Source of the DNA: Octopus bimaculoides
Lineage: Eukaryota
Reading direction: 5' to 3'
DNA: 36,707 nt
Assembly: GCF_001194135.2 (NCBI RefSeq)
Contig: NC_068987.1
Location: 73,978,021 to 74,014,727 of the forward strand
Shown here: piece after piece, positions 1 through 10,770 of the stretch
Numbering within the stretch: position 1 is the stretch's first letter
Layout: every line of letters begins with the position of its first letter
Position numbers and translations under genes: made by a program
The notes under the pieces: generated by a model
Database searches by the model: none
Told to the model about the DNA's origin: nothing
The model's input: the letters and a program-made list of their open reading frames with translations, nothing else

Positions 1-493
1 ATCTGAAGAGGAAGGTGAGAGTAGAAAGGGATGTCTTGTCTAGTGAATGCTTCAAAAAAGATGGGTGAATGTAGCAAGGATGGCACGTGTGAACGACGGA
101 GCCATCTTGAGCATAACACTATAAAGGAGTAAAAAAAATCCAGACAAAAAACAAAAAGGCAAAAGAGAGTCACTTACTGTTATAGTTTCTGCAATGACAA
201 TATTGACCAAGGTTACCGTGGTCTTTTCCGTAGGCTTTTCTTTCCACGGCTAAACCTAAACTGTCTTCCCCTCTTTTTACACGAGAACATTACTGTGATA
301 CACTATCCCTATTGATCGCTTTTTTTTCTCTCTCTCGGTCCCTTTTGATCGAACTCCCCCCTTTTTTCCTTCCTACGATCCCTTTTGATCGACATCCACC
401 CCTACTTTTTTTCCTTCCCCCGCCCAAAAAGAAAAGCTCTACATTGTATTTGTCCCATCTTTGTTGAGCCCTGTGTGGCTAATAAAAGAAATG

Positions 494-576
<83 letters not shown>

Positions 577-634
577 TTACTCTCTCTCTTTCTCTCTGTC
601 CTCTTTCTCTCCCTCTTTTCTATCTCTCTCTCTG

Positions 635-685
<51 letters not shown>

Positions 686-854
686 CTCTCTATTTCTTTA
701 TTTCTCTCTCAATCTATTTATCTGTCTCTCTATGTATATGTGTCTATCTCTATCTCTCTGTATATCTATCTAACTGTCTTTTTCATCTGTCTAATACATT
801 ATTTTTACGTAGTTCCAACGAATAAATCTTTGATCGTTGTATCTATATCTGTCC

Positions 855-943
<89 letters not shown>

Positions 944-1010
944 GCTAGCTTGTTAGCTATCTGTGTGTGTGTGTGTGTGTGTCTGTCTGTCTGTCTATGT
1001 CTATCTCTTT
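494..1010. repeat. Compound microsatellite block: (TATC)n, (CT)n, (TATC)n, (GT)n, (GTCT)n
   Basis: Directly visible: (TATC)n at about 494-575 and 856-942, (CT)n at about 638-680, (GT)n at 962-980, ending just before the TnC acceptor. Confidence 0.97.
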
Positions 1011-1027
1011 ATGTCTGTTTTTCATAG

Positions 1028-1270
1028 CAACTGGTTTTATCGGTTGGGAAAAATTCTGCACCCTGTTCAAGCGAAAAGTGCAGGAAGATGAAGACGAACG
1101 TGAAGTGCGGGAGGCATTCCGTGTGCTGGACAAGAATAACCAAGGAGTGATTGATGTTGAGGACCTGCGCTGGATCTTGAAATCTCTAGGGGATGATTTG
1201 AATGATGAAGAAATCCAGGACATGATTAATGAAACAGACACAGACGGCAGTGGTACTGTAGATTATGAAG
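1028..1270 (+). CDS. TnC: Troponin C (molluscan type), internal coding exon with EF-hand III and most of EF-hand IV
   Basis: Acceptor ttttcatAG ends at 1027 and donor GTatgg starts at 1271; both flanking introns are phase 1. Translation: (A)TGFIGWEKFCTLFKRKVQEDEDEREVREAFRVLDKNNQGVIDVEDLRWILKSLGDDLNDEEIQDMINETDTDGSGTVDYE. The ATGFIxWEKF, LRWILKSLGD and ETDTDGSGTVDYEEF motifs match what I recall of scallop and squid troponin C rather than calmodulin. Upstream exons were not found in the window. Confidence 0.92.
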
Positions 1271-1327
1271 GTATGGTATATGGTATATATATATGAAATA
1301 TACATAAGTATACATATTAATATACAT

Positions 1328-1407
<80 letters not shown>

Positions 1408-1416
<9 letters not shown>

Positions 1417-1568
1417 AAAAAGGAAAAGAATGACTTCACTGGTAGTTCTAATCAATTTAATTTTTTAATAATATAATTTTACAGACGAAACCGTAAAATT
1501 ATATCGTTAAAAAATTAAATTGATTAGAATTACCAGTGAAGTCACTTTTTTCTTTTTTCCAAATATAT
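1408..1568. repeat. Fold-back inverted repeat (about 75-bp arms), MITE-like
   Basis: 1431-1468 is the reverse complement of 1507-1544 with one mismatch. 1471-1482 (ATATAATTTTAC) pairs with 1493-1504, and the outer arms pair imperfectly out to 1408/1568. Confidence 0.85.
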
Positions 1569-1672
1569 CTAACTGTACCAAGAATTTCACACATTTTCCA
1601 ATACACACACACACACACAAACACACATACATACATATATACATACATACATACATACATACATACACACAC

Positions 1673-1704
<32 letters not shown>

Positions 1705-2941
1705 ACACACATACACACACACTTCCATATTACCTGTCAAAAAAGACGGGGTTTATTTTTGTTTCCTTTTCAGTAATTCCTAATCTTTCTGCTTCCAAGT
1801 GTTGCTATATTTTCTTCTTGTGACTAATTTTGTATTCTTTCAGATATCATCTTTATTCTTTTGATTTTTGAGTTTTTCTTCTGTTTCTTCTTGTGTTTCT
1901 TGCTGTCATTTAGCATTTCTTTTCTCCAATTCATATTAAGCATTGCTTTTTGTGATGATCTTCGTCTTCTTTTTACAGTCCGAATCAGGGAATTTTTCTT
2001 GTCAGTGAAAATTTCATCGTCTCTTAGACGTTGAATGAATGTTTTGTATACGAGAACCCGTTTTCTCGCTTTTCCCTCCTAACGCTTTCTCAGCTTTATA
2101 GTCTATTTTAGTCGTTATTTCTTATTAATTTTCCTCTTTATAAATATAGTTGACTTCCTTTTATCTTTAAGTCAAAATCTGCATCCATGTCTTTCTTCTC
2201 TTCTCTTCCTTTCCCAATCTCTTCTGCCACACACATTTCTATATCATACACGTGTCCCTCTCTCTCTCCTTGAGTCTCCATCTTCCCCTTTTACATAAAT
2301 ATATGTGTGCATATGTGTTTCTGTATAACTGTCACTTTAATTATTCACTCACCCGCCATACTTTTGCTATTTTATCACATTGTCTTTTGAATAACCTCTC
2401 TGTAGTAAAACCTATCTTTCTCCTTTCCACTGCTCTTCTCATACTTGCACTATACCTTCTTTTCTTACATGTTCATGCAAATCCTCCGTCTGTTTTACTC
2501 ACTTGTTGCCCTACTTTTCCATCTTTGTCTCTTTGTCTCTTTGTCTCTCCCTTCATCCAATCACTCATTCTCCCGTCTTTCTATTTATTTATCTGTTCTC
2601 ATCACTTTGATCAGTACAAGCATTGCTTTCCTTTTCTACATATTTACTTTGTCACGTTGCTTCTCAAATCCCACTTTATTTGCTGTAGAATTCTTCCTTT
2701 GTTTTCCATCTCTACACTCTGCTCTCCTGAGTGTCTCGTTTAATGTCTAATCACTGGTTATTCCTCTTACACTTCTACTCGCTCTCACTCTCTCAATCCC
2801 CCATCTATATATTTATCTAATCCTTCTATAGTCATAATGCTCACTTTCTTCCTCTCTTACCTCTTCAGCATAGACACTATTTTGTCTTAGTACATTCCTA
2901 AAGTGTAACAAAAGATGTACCAGCAAACAGAAACAAGATGC

Positions 2942-3001
<60 letters not shown>

Positions 3002-6000
3002 AAGCAATGTTCTCGAGTTATAACCATAACCTCTCTTTACTCCTTTTTTCTTCTTTATTTGCATTCAGTTTTTGACGTCACATCCAGTGAAAGGAACCTG
3101 CTTCAGTTTAGAGCTTTTCCTCTGTTACTATTATATATATATTTTTTATCTAACAGGAGGTTTGCAACAGACCAAGGTACTTGATAGAAATATCCGACCC
3201 ATCGCTGGTCAAAGGTTCAAATTCTCGTACTTAGCTGCTGTCTAAGACACGTAATCCTCAACGTAGTTGCCAGATAGACGAGCAAAATGTTCCAATGAGA
3301 AAGAGCTTCCACATGGCCGCTAGACGTACTAGAAGTCATTCCTTTTTTAAGGCACAAATATGGTCTTTAAAAATGAGTAGAACGGACTAAACTGAATTCG
3401 TAGACAGCACCCAAACAGTAAAAGTGGTCATAAGTGAACCACTTGTAATATGTCTGTACGAAAAGGTTTCATGATCTGGAGTCAAAACTATATCAATGTA
3501 ATGTAAAGAGGTTTAAAGATGAGATGTAGCTGACAACTATCAGTTTGTGACAGTGGACTTATAGATAGAAATGGAATGCACCTTGGGCAGGCTAGCTTGC
3601 AGCGCCGGGATCAAATCCTACCGAGTGTATATTTCAGATCACTCAGAGGCATAGCCAGATTCTAAAGTTATGAGTAGCGAGCACATAAAAAAGGAGTCAT
3701 AACACATTGCAAACGATTTTTAACTCATTGCTCTTATATTAAGCGAACTATTTCATTAGTTATAATATACGTAATTGTATTCTACTGTCATTAATGTTAT
3801 GTTTCAGTAACAATGTCATTATGTATGAAACCTATAATTATTGACACAGGTGTGGAATAACATTGATGAAACTCCACAGGATCGTCCAGTATCGAGAGTT
3901 TATGACGCCAGGGCTTGTTTTGGTACTTTACATGTCAGCGGTCACCACACATCACAGGGGATAGAGCAAAATGTTCAAAAACACAGAAGTTTTATCAAAT
4001 AAAGTAATGACTCCAGAACGTTCTGCCAAAGCCATGCAATTAACAAAAGGAAAAAAAAAACAGATTCGACTTTCATTACACAAGTGAACTAAAGAGTTTT
4101 TAAAATGTTGAAAAAGTGCCAATTTTGAAAAATGCGATCGTAGTGAGCTGTCGCTCACCTCCCAACCCCACCCGTATTAGCTACGCTACTGAGATTGCCC
4201 GTTCCATCTTGAAACATCACACGAAGACGAACAAAGCCTTTTGGTCTAACCCCAGAACCTAATTAATTTCGAGTGTTAATTATTTAAGTAATTATTATTA
4301 ATTAAAATATTTTTATTTCAGCTTTTTTAGGATATTTTTACAATGAAGATAACAAAAATGATGAAACTGAGATACTGATTATCACGCATCCTGCGTTGTA
4401 ACATCCTCTGTTTTACCATATATTCTTTCATTTGTACAAGATTTGTATTATTTGCATTATGCATATACATATATATATGCATATATTCACATACATACAT
4501 ANNNNNNNNNNNNNNNNNNNNNNNNNNNNNNNNNNNNNNNNNNNNNNNNNNNNNNNNNNNNNNNNNNNNNNNNNNNNNNNNNNNNNNNNNNNNNNNNNNN
4601 NNNNNNNNNNNNNNNNNNNNNNNNNNNNNNNNNNNNNNNNNNNNNNNNNNNNNNNNNNNNNNNNNNNNNNNNNNNNNNNNNNNNNNNNNNNNNNNNNNNN
4701 NNNNNNNNNNNNNNNNNNNNNNNNNNNNNNNNNNNNNNNNNNNNNNNNNNNNNNNNNNNNNNNNNNNNNNNNNNNNNNNNNNNNNNNNNNNNNNNNNNNN
4801 NNNNNNNNNNNNNNNNNNNNNNNNNNNNNNNNNNNNNNNNNNNNNNNNNNNNNNNNNNNNNNNNNNNNNNNNNNNNNNNNNNNNNNNNNNNNNNNNNNNN
4901 NNNNNNNNNNNNNNNNNNNNNNNNNNNNNNNNNNNNNNNNNNNNNNNNNNNNNNNNNNNNNNNNNNNNNNNNNNNNNNNNNNNNNNNNNNNNNNNNNNNN
5001 NNNNNNNNNNNNNNNNNNNNNNNNNNNNNNNNNNNNNNNNNNNNNNNNNNNNNNNNNNNNNNNNNNNNNNNNNNNNNNNNNNNNNNNNNNNNNNNNNNNN
5101 NNNNNNNNNNNNNNNNNNNNNNNNNNNNNNNNNNNNNNNNNNNNNNNNNNNNNNNNNNNNNNNNNNNNNNNNNNNNNNNNNNNNNNNNNNNNNNNNNNNN
5201 NNNNNNNNNNNNNNNNNNNNNNNNNNNNNNNNNNNNNNNNNNNNNNNNNNNNNNNNNNNNNNNNNNNNNNNNNNNNNNNNNNNNNNNNNNNNNNNNNNNN
5301 NNNNNNNNNNNNNNNNNNNNNNNNNNNNNNNNNNNNNNNNTATATATATATATATATACATATATATATGCATATATTCACATACATACATACATATGTA
5401 TATCAATACATACATACATGCATGCATACATACATGCACACATACATACATACATACATACATACATACATACATAGAGTATTATACTGTAGATTAAGGA
5501 TATAAGACTGAAATTTAAAGTCTCTGTCACACTTCTTGTAAAATTTGAACATGCATGTACTCTACTAAAATGTATTGAGCAAATTTTCATATATATATAT
5601 ATATGAAATTATAAATATGAAATAGAGAACGGTGCTTTTTGTTCACATCCTAACTGGGTGGAATCAACATATGTTTCCTCCATTTGCGAAGATACTTGGA
5701 CAACTTCCAACTGGAAACACTCACACTATCTTGGAGGTCTGGCCACCTTATAAGTAGTACCTGTTGCCAACTTATCGGATCAAAGATTTTAAAATAGAGA
5801 ACGCAATTGGCAGTGTAACTGCTTTACGTCTGACCTCACTGAAATAGCACCGGACCTAGTTGTAGACTAGTGGTAAAATTACTTAAGGATTGGAGCAGGC
5901 TGCAACAAATATTCCATCTGTGACTGAAACACTAAACTTTATTTTGTTCAGAAGTAGGCTGGGGAATTTCAGAAGGTAGTTTTCCAAAGGAATGTTACAT

Positions 6001-6136
6001 TGCTATTAACGTTTCTGCATAACATAAGTGTCCTCAACTCAGTCAGAAAAATTTGCGACAAACCACACTCGGCAGTTGTAAAAGTCACCTTACATGGTAT
6101 CTTTTATCTTGTACTTAAGACAGTGTGTGTGTAAGT

Positions 6137-6192
<56 letters not shown>

Positions 6193-6204
6193 GATTTAAA
6201 ACAA

Positions 6205-6298
6205 TAAGCACCGGCGTCGATTTTATTCGATTTAATACTTCTAGTCACTGCCCTAGCATGACCACAATCGTATCACTGAAACAAGTAAAAGATTAGAT
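6205..6298 (+). mobile_element. 3' fragment of SINE family 2
   Basis: The tail GCCCTAGCATGACCACAATCGTATCACTGAAACAAGTAAAAG resembles the tails at 31222-31290 and 35530-35605. Confidence 0.55.
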
Positions 6299-6805
6299 TT
6301 ATACATTTCAAATTTCACACATTGCACTGCGACCATGCAATGACGCTACCACGTGGAATTTATTCGAACACATTTCGTCCTTCTACATTTTTCACTCTGG
6401 TACATATCAATGTAGATTTGTCAAATCACTAAGTTTGATTACATGTGACTGTACCTGCATTTATGTGTATGTCTGTGAATGACTACATGTTTATATGTAT
6501 CTACGTGTATTGTTCTTATATATATATATATATATATATTTGCATATGTGCAACTGTGTCCGAGTATCTTTATATATGTTCGTCAATGAGAGTGAGCATG
6601 TATATAGGTGTGCTTTGACAGAGAAAGAAAGGATGCATGACATATGCTTATCAATTAAAATCATACGGTGCTGAATTAAACACAGAAAGTTGATAATTTC
6701 GTTAACCTGCATTGTCAATGTTAGTGCTCCATTTGTTTGATTTGATTCTATATCTGGTATGAGTATGATCGTTATGCATGTAACCATGTACGCATTATCT
6801 TGTGC

Positions 6806-6864
<59 letters not shown>

Positions 6865-7242
6865 TATATGTGTGGAGGGTGTGTGGCCATGTTTGTGTGT
6901 GCCTGTGTGTGTCTGTATGTATACCATTAGCGACAACAGTTATTTATAAAAACTGGAACTTCACATAGACTAAATATAATTTCATATAAATGTACATACA
7001 TGCATGCATGCATAAATATATACATGCGAACTTACATACATACATATTTTCCTTTGTTATCTATTTTCCTTCTCTTTTGTATTTTGAAAACTTATAATTT
7101 AACCTATATTTTTGATATTTTTATATTTTCATTGCTGTTACTCATTGCTTTCTTGTTAATTGTTATATTTACATTATATAATACATTTCAATATATTTTT
7201 TGGGTAAAAAAAATAAGGAATATATTAATACGATGTATCTTA

Positions 7243-7456
7243 TTTCTTTATTGCCCACAAGGGGCTAAACACAGAGGGGACAAACAAAGTGATTAAGTCG
7301 ATTACATCGACCCCGGTGCTTAATTTATCTTATCGACCCCCAAAGGATGAAAGGCAAAGTCGACCTCGACGGAATTTGAACTCAGAACGTAACGGCAGTC
7401 GAAATACCGCTGAGCATTCCGTCCGGCGCGTTAACGTTTCTGCCAGGTCGCCGCCT
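7243..7456 (-). mobile_element. tRNA-derived SINE (family 1) with 18-bp target-site duplication
   Basis: The minus strand reads GGCGGCGACCTGGCAGAAACG...CTGAGTTCAAATTCC (A-box-like and B-box-like motifs). It is flanked by the exact direct repeat TTAATACGATGTATCTTA at 7225-7242 and 7457-7474. Confidence 0.9.
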
Positions 7457-7490
7457 TTAATACGATGTATCTTAATATAACTCTTGTTCT

Positions 7491-7720
7491 TAAGGCGGCG
7501 AGCTAGCAGAATAGTTAGCACGCCGGGCAAAATTCTTAACGGCATTTCGGCCGTCTTTACGTTCTGCGTTCAAATTCCGCCGATGTCGACTTTGCTTTTC
7601 ATCATTTCAGGGTCGATAAAATAAGTAACAGTTGAACACTGGAGTCGTTGTAATCGACTCATTCACCCCTCCCCAAAATTCTGTCCTTGTGGAAAATTTG
7701 AAACCATTATTATCATTATT
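7491..7720 (+). mobile_element. tRNA-derived SINE (family 1)
   Basis: TAAGGCGGCGAGCTAGCAGAATAGTTAGCACGCCGGG head, GTTCAAATTCC B box, GTCGACTTTGC body and (ATT)n tail; homologous to many other copies in the window. Confidence 0.88.
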
Positions 7721-7932
7721 AGGGCAATAAGCTGGCAGAATCATTAGCACGCCGGGAAAAATGCTTAGCGGCATTTCGTCCATCTTCACGTTCTGAGTTC
7801 AAATTTCGCCAGGGTTGACTTTGCCTTTTATCTTTTCGAGGTCGATAAAAAAAGTACCGTTGAGTACTGGAGGTCGATGTAATTGACCTACCTCCCCCTA
7901 AGCTTGCTGGCCTTGTGCCAAAATTTAAAACC
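7721..7932 (+). mobile_element. tRNA-derived SINE (family 1)
   Basis: AGCTGGCAGAATCATTAGCACGCCGGG...CTGAGTTCAAATTTCGCC...CCTTGTGCCAAAATTT; begins in the (ATT)n tail of the preceding copy. Confidence 0.85.
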
Positions 7933-8400
7933 TATATATTTCAAGTTATTATTAATGTTGTTTCTATTGCATTGTGATATAATCTTATTATAATTTATTT
8001 ATTTTTGTTATTATTATTCCATTATGATTTTATTTTTTTAAATTTTGTTTAATGTTTTTGAATTTCCAGTATTTTATTTAACTCCATCACCTCAATTTCC
8101 AGCCTCTTAACTGTTTTATATTATTTCAGTGGAGGATTTACAAATTGGCATATTAATTAGAAGGTGGTAGATTTATTGGTATGTTTCAGTAGATCGTCAA
8201 ACAAAATACTTTGCAGTAGTCAGTTACATCTTTTCCTCTTCTAAATCCAAACCCCACCATAACCGACTTTGCTTTTCCCTTTCCTACGTACCCTCGTTTT
8301 CTCTACATTTGAGGTCTTATGCCGAAATCAGAAACCGTTAAAATATATTAGTAGATGCGCAGGACAGAGACTGAAAGTAAACCAAACATGAAATCGGTTA

Positions 8401-8697
8401 TGTTATGAGAGAACCCTGAACACCTCTACGTGACTGAAGGTGGACTAAACGATTACAATAAATAAGAACTGAGTGAACTGAGCAGGGAATAGTTCAACCG
8501 TGTTTCTTCGACGTGTGTTGGTTAACAGTCTGTAGGTGAACAGTGACTACTGAGTATTGTACCTACGTTCTAGTAGTGCGAAGTGCGTTCTGTGTTAAAA
8601 TATAATTTCTGCGATAGTTTATTTTTAGATAACTACTATCAACTGTTTATTTGTGTAATACCATTTTATACCAGGTGTGTTTACCCACATCATAACA
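8401..8697. mobile_element. Probable solo LTR
   Basis: A 297-bp segment bounded by the perfect inverted 8-mers TGTTATGA and TCATAACA (TG...CA), with an internal AATAAA near 8458. The flanks GGTTA and GGCTC match at only 3 of 5 positions, so a TSD is not established. Confidence 0.5.
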
Positions 8698-8842
8698 GGC
8701 TCCAATATGCTTGAGGGATATTTGAATCCATAAAAGGCTTTTCATTTCAGTTTGTCATCAAGCAAAAATTTTTTTCTTAATGGACAAACTGCACTGAAAA
8801 GCCAATTAAGGATTCAAATATTTCTAAGAAATACTTGAACTG

Positions 8843-9055
8843 GTAGCTGGCAGAATCGCTAGCACGCCGGACGAAATTCTGCTAAGCATTTTGTTCATCT
8901 TTACGTTCTAAATTCAAATTACGCTGAGGTCGGCTTTTACTTTCATCCTTTCGAGATCGTTGAAATAAGTACCAGTTAAGCACTTGGTCGATGTCACTGA
9001 CTTGACATCTCCCACAAAATACAAACCTTGTGCTTATTGTAGAAAGGATTGTATT
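8843..9055 (+). mobile_element. tRNA-derived SINE (family 1)
   Basis: AGCTGGCAGAATCGCTAGCACGCCGGACG head, TTCAAATT B-box region, GTAGAAAGGATT tail. Confidence 0.85.
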
Positions 9056-10609
9056 TTTTTTAGTCGTATGTTTTTTTTACTTCTTTGTTTTAACATTTGT
9101 GCTGTTTGCCCGGTGTGATAACGATTCTGCCAACACGTCGTCTTAAGTCAAATCAATAATAATAATAATAAACTAGAAACGATCACAAGAAGTTATAAAA
9201 ATAAATCTGAAACGATTTAATCAAAGAGAAGATCGGATTTCCATTTAATGACATTTAATAAGTGACTGTTAGCCTTTATGTCTTCGTTTCCCTTATTCAG
9301 AATACCCAAGCCTATTTTTGTATTTTCCTGGATTGTTTTGATCTCATGATTAGCCGTACAAATATATGTTTCTAAACCTTAAGATCGCTGGGTCTTCAAT
9401 AAAACTATCAAAGATTTATTGATACGCATTTTTATTCGGACATCCTCCTTGCATGTGCGTAGTGTTTCTATTCTTTTTTTCTTCTTTTTTTTCTTTTTAG
9501 CAGTGTGCAATAGTTTGACAACCCTATCTACCCAGTTTGCCTGTTATTTGTGATAATTATTTTTATGTGTTCACAGAATTCAACCCTGAAGAGAAGTTGA
9601 TATAACACTTGAACACTTGTCCCTGTTTAGTGTCTCCTTATACAAACATTCATCCAAAACTTTTCATCGTTATATCCATCATATATTGTTTAGCATCAGT
9701 TTCCTTGAATTTTGTGCATTTCAATTGACCGACTATCCATAAACCTGTGATTGAACGCACAACTATTTACTTAACATGTGACCTATGCAATCCTGTCACG
9801 CTACCACTCGTGTTTTATTTTATTTATCTGCCCTATATTATAAGCGCAAATTTATTTCATCCCAATATCGTGTTACGCCACACCCTACACGTGTTCTCTC
9901 TTGTGGATTTATGTTTGACATTCAAGATAAGGAAACAAAATCAACGGCTTTCCGTCAGACATATGACCTAACCTGACTCAATCATCGTGATCAAATTCCC
10001 ATTAAATTGTTTTAATCATTTTCACGTATTTAAATCGCACACGCTTACGCAACCATATATATTCACATGAAAACACACATCTACGTACATAACATACATA
10101 GTTACATACATGCATGCTTGCAGTGCAAGTATAACAGGCCTGACAATGTACTATAGAGAGAACAAGTGTCATGTACTTTGTAGAGCGAATAGATGCACAC
10201 ACTTGTGTGCATATATCCACATCGACATTTCAACCAACACATTAACTCAACCGCATATTTGCAAACGCTGGGAACTCTATTAACTTAAAAGTCTTGTCAC
10301 TTTGTTAGCGACCGGCTTGAACTCTCTCGAGAACTTACATAAAACTCATACATACATACATACATACATACATACATACATACATAAAGCAAGCACTTTC
10401 AAATAGGCAGTAAACACAAAGCAAACAAAAAATGCAGTCCAGATTTCATTTTAAGCCTACTTATGCTGCAGACATGAATGTCACTCTTGTACTCACTCAC
10501 TGGTATTCTTGTACTCTTGTACTCGCTCACTGGTGCTGAAAGACACTTCTTATACATGAAAGTCAAACAAACTTATCACACCTTTTGCCTAAAAATTACT
10601 GAATAGTTA

Positions 10610-10770
10610 TCCTTGTGTAGTTAAGAAGTTCGCTATGCAGTCATTTGGTTCTAGATTCTGTCCCCATCCGCAGCATCTTGGGTAGGTGTCATCTGCCATG
10701 GTCTTGTATCGATCCAAACCTTGTGAGTAAAATTTGAGTGGATGGAAATTTTACAAAAGCCCATCTAATG
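10610..10770 (+). mobile_element. Degenerate 5' part of SINE family 2
   Basis: GTGTAGTTAAGAAGTTCGC...CATCTTGGGTAGGTGTCATC...CCTTGTGAGTAAAATTTG...GGAAAT...AAGCCC is similar to 35300-35400. Confidence 0.5.

Noticed and set aside
385-1027. ORFs of 146 and 188 aa (SIYL/SLSL repeats) and many similar YIYI, HTHT, CVCV ORFs across the window
   Set aside because: They are translations of TATC, CT, TA and CA microsatellites that lack stop codons; no coding signal.
967-1296. Calling the 109-aa ORF a complete calmodulin-like gene
   Set aside because: Its ends are intronic; splice sites at 1027/1028 and 1270/1271 and the TnC-specific motifs show it is one exon of troponin C.
2689-2750. Possible alternative last exon (E)FFLCFPSLHSALLSVSFNV*
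   Set aside because: In phase after an AG, but embedded in a 1-kb pyrimidine-rich tract where such acceptors and hydrophobic frames arise by chance; no similarity to the TnC ending beyond EF.
4460-5395. Identical about 40-bp sequence on both sides of the first gap
   Set aside because: Most likely an assembly overlap or unresolved microsatellite, not a biological duplication.
7491-7590. SINE heads as tRNA genes
   Set aside because: A-box-like and B-box-like motifs are present but there is no complete cloverleaf; they continue into a shared SINE body and tail.
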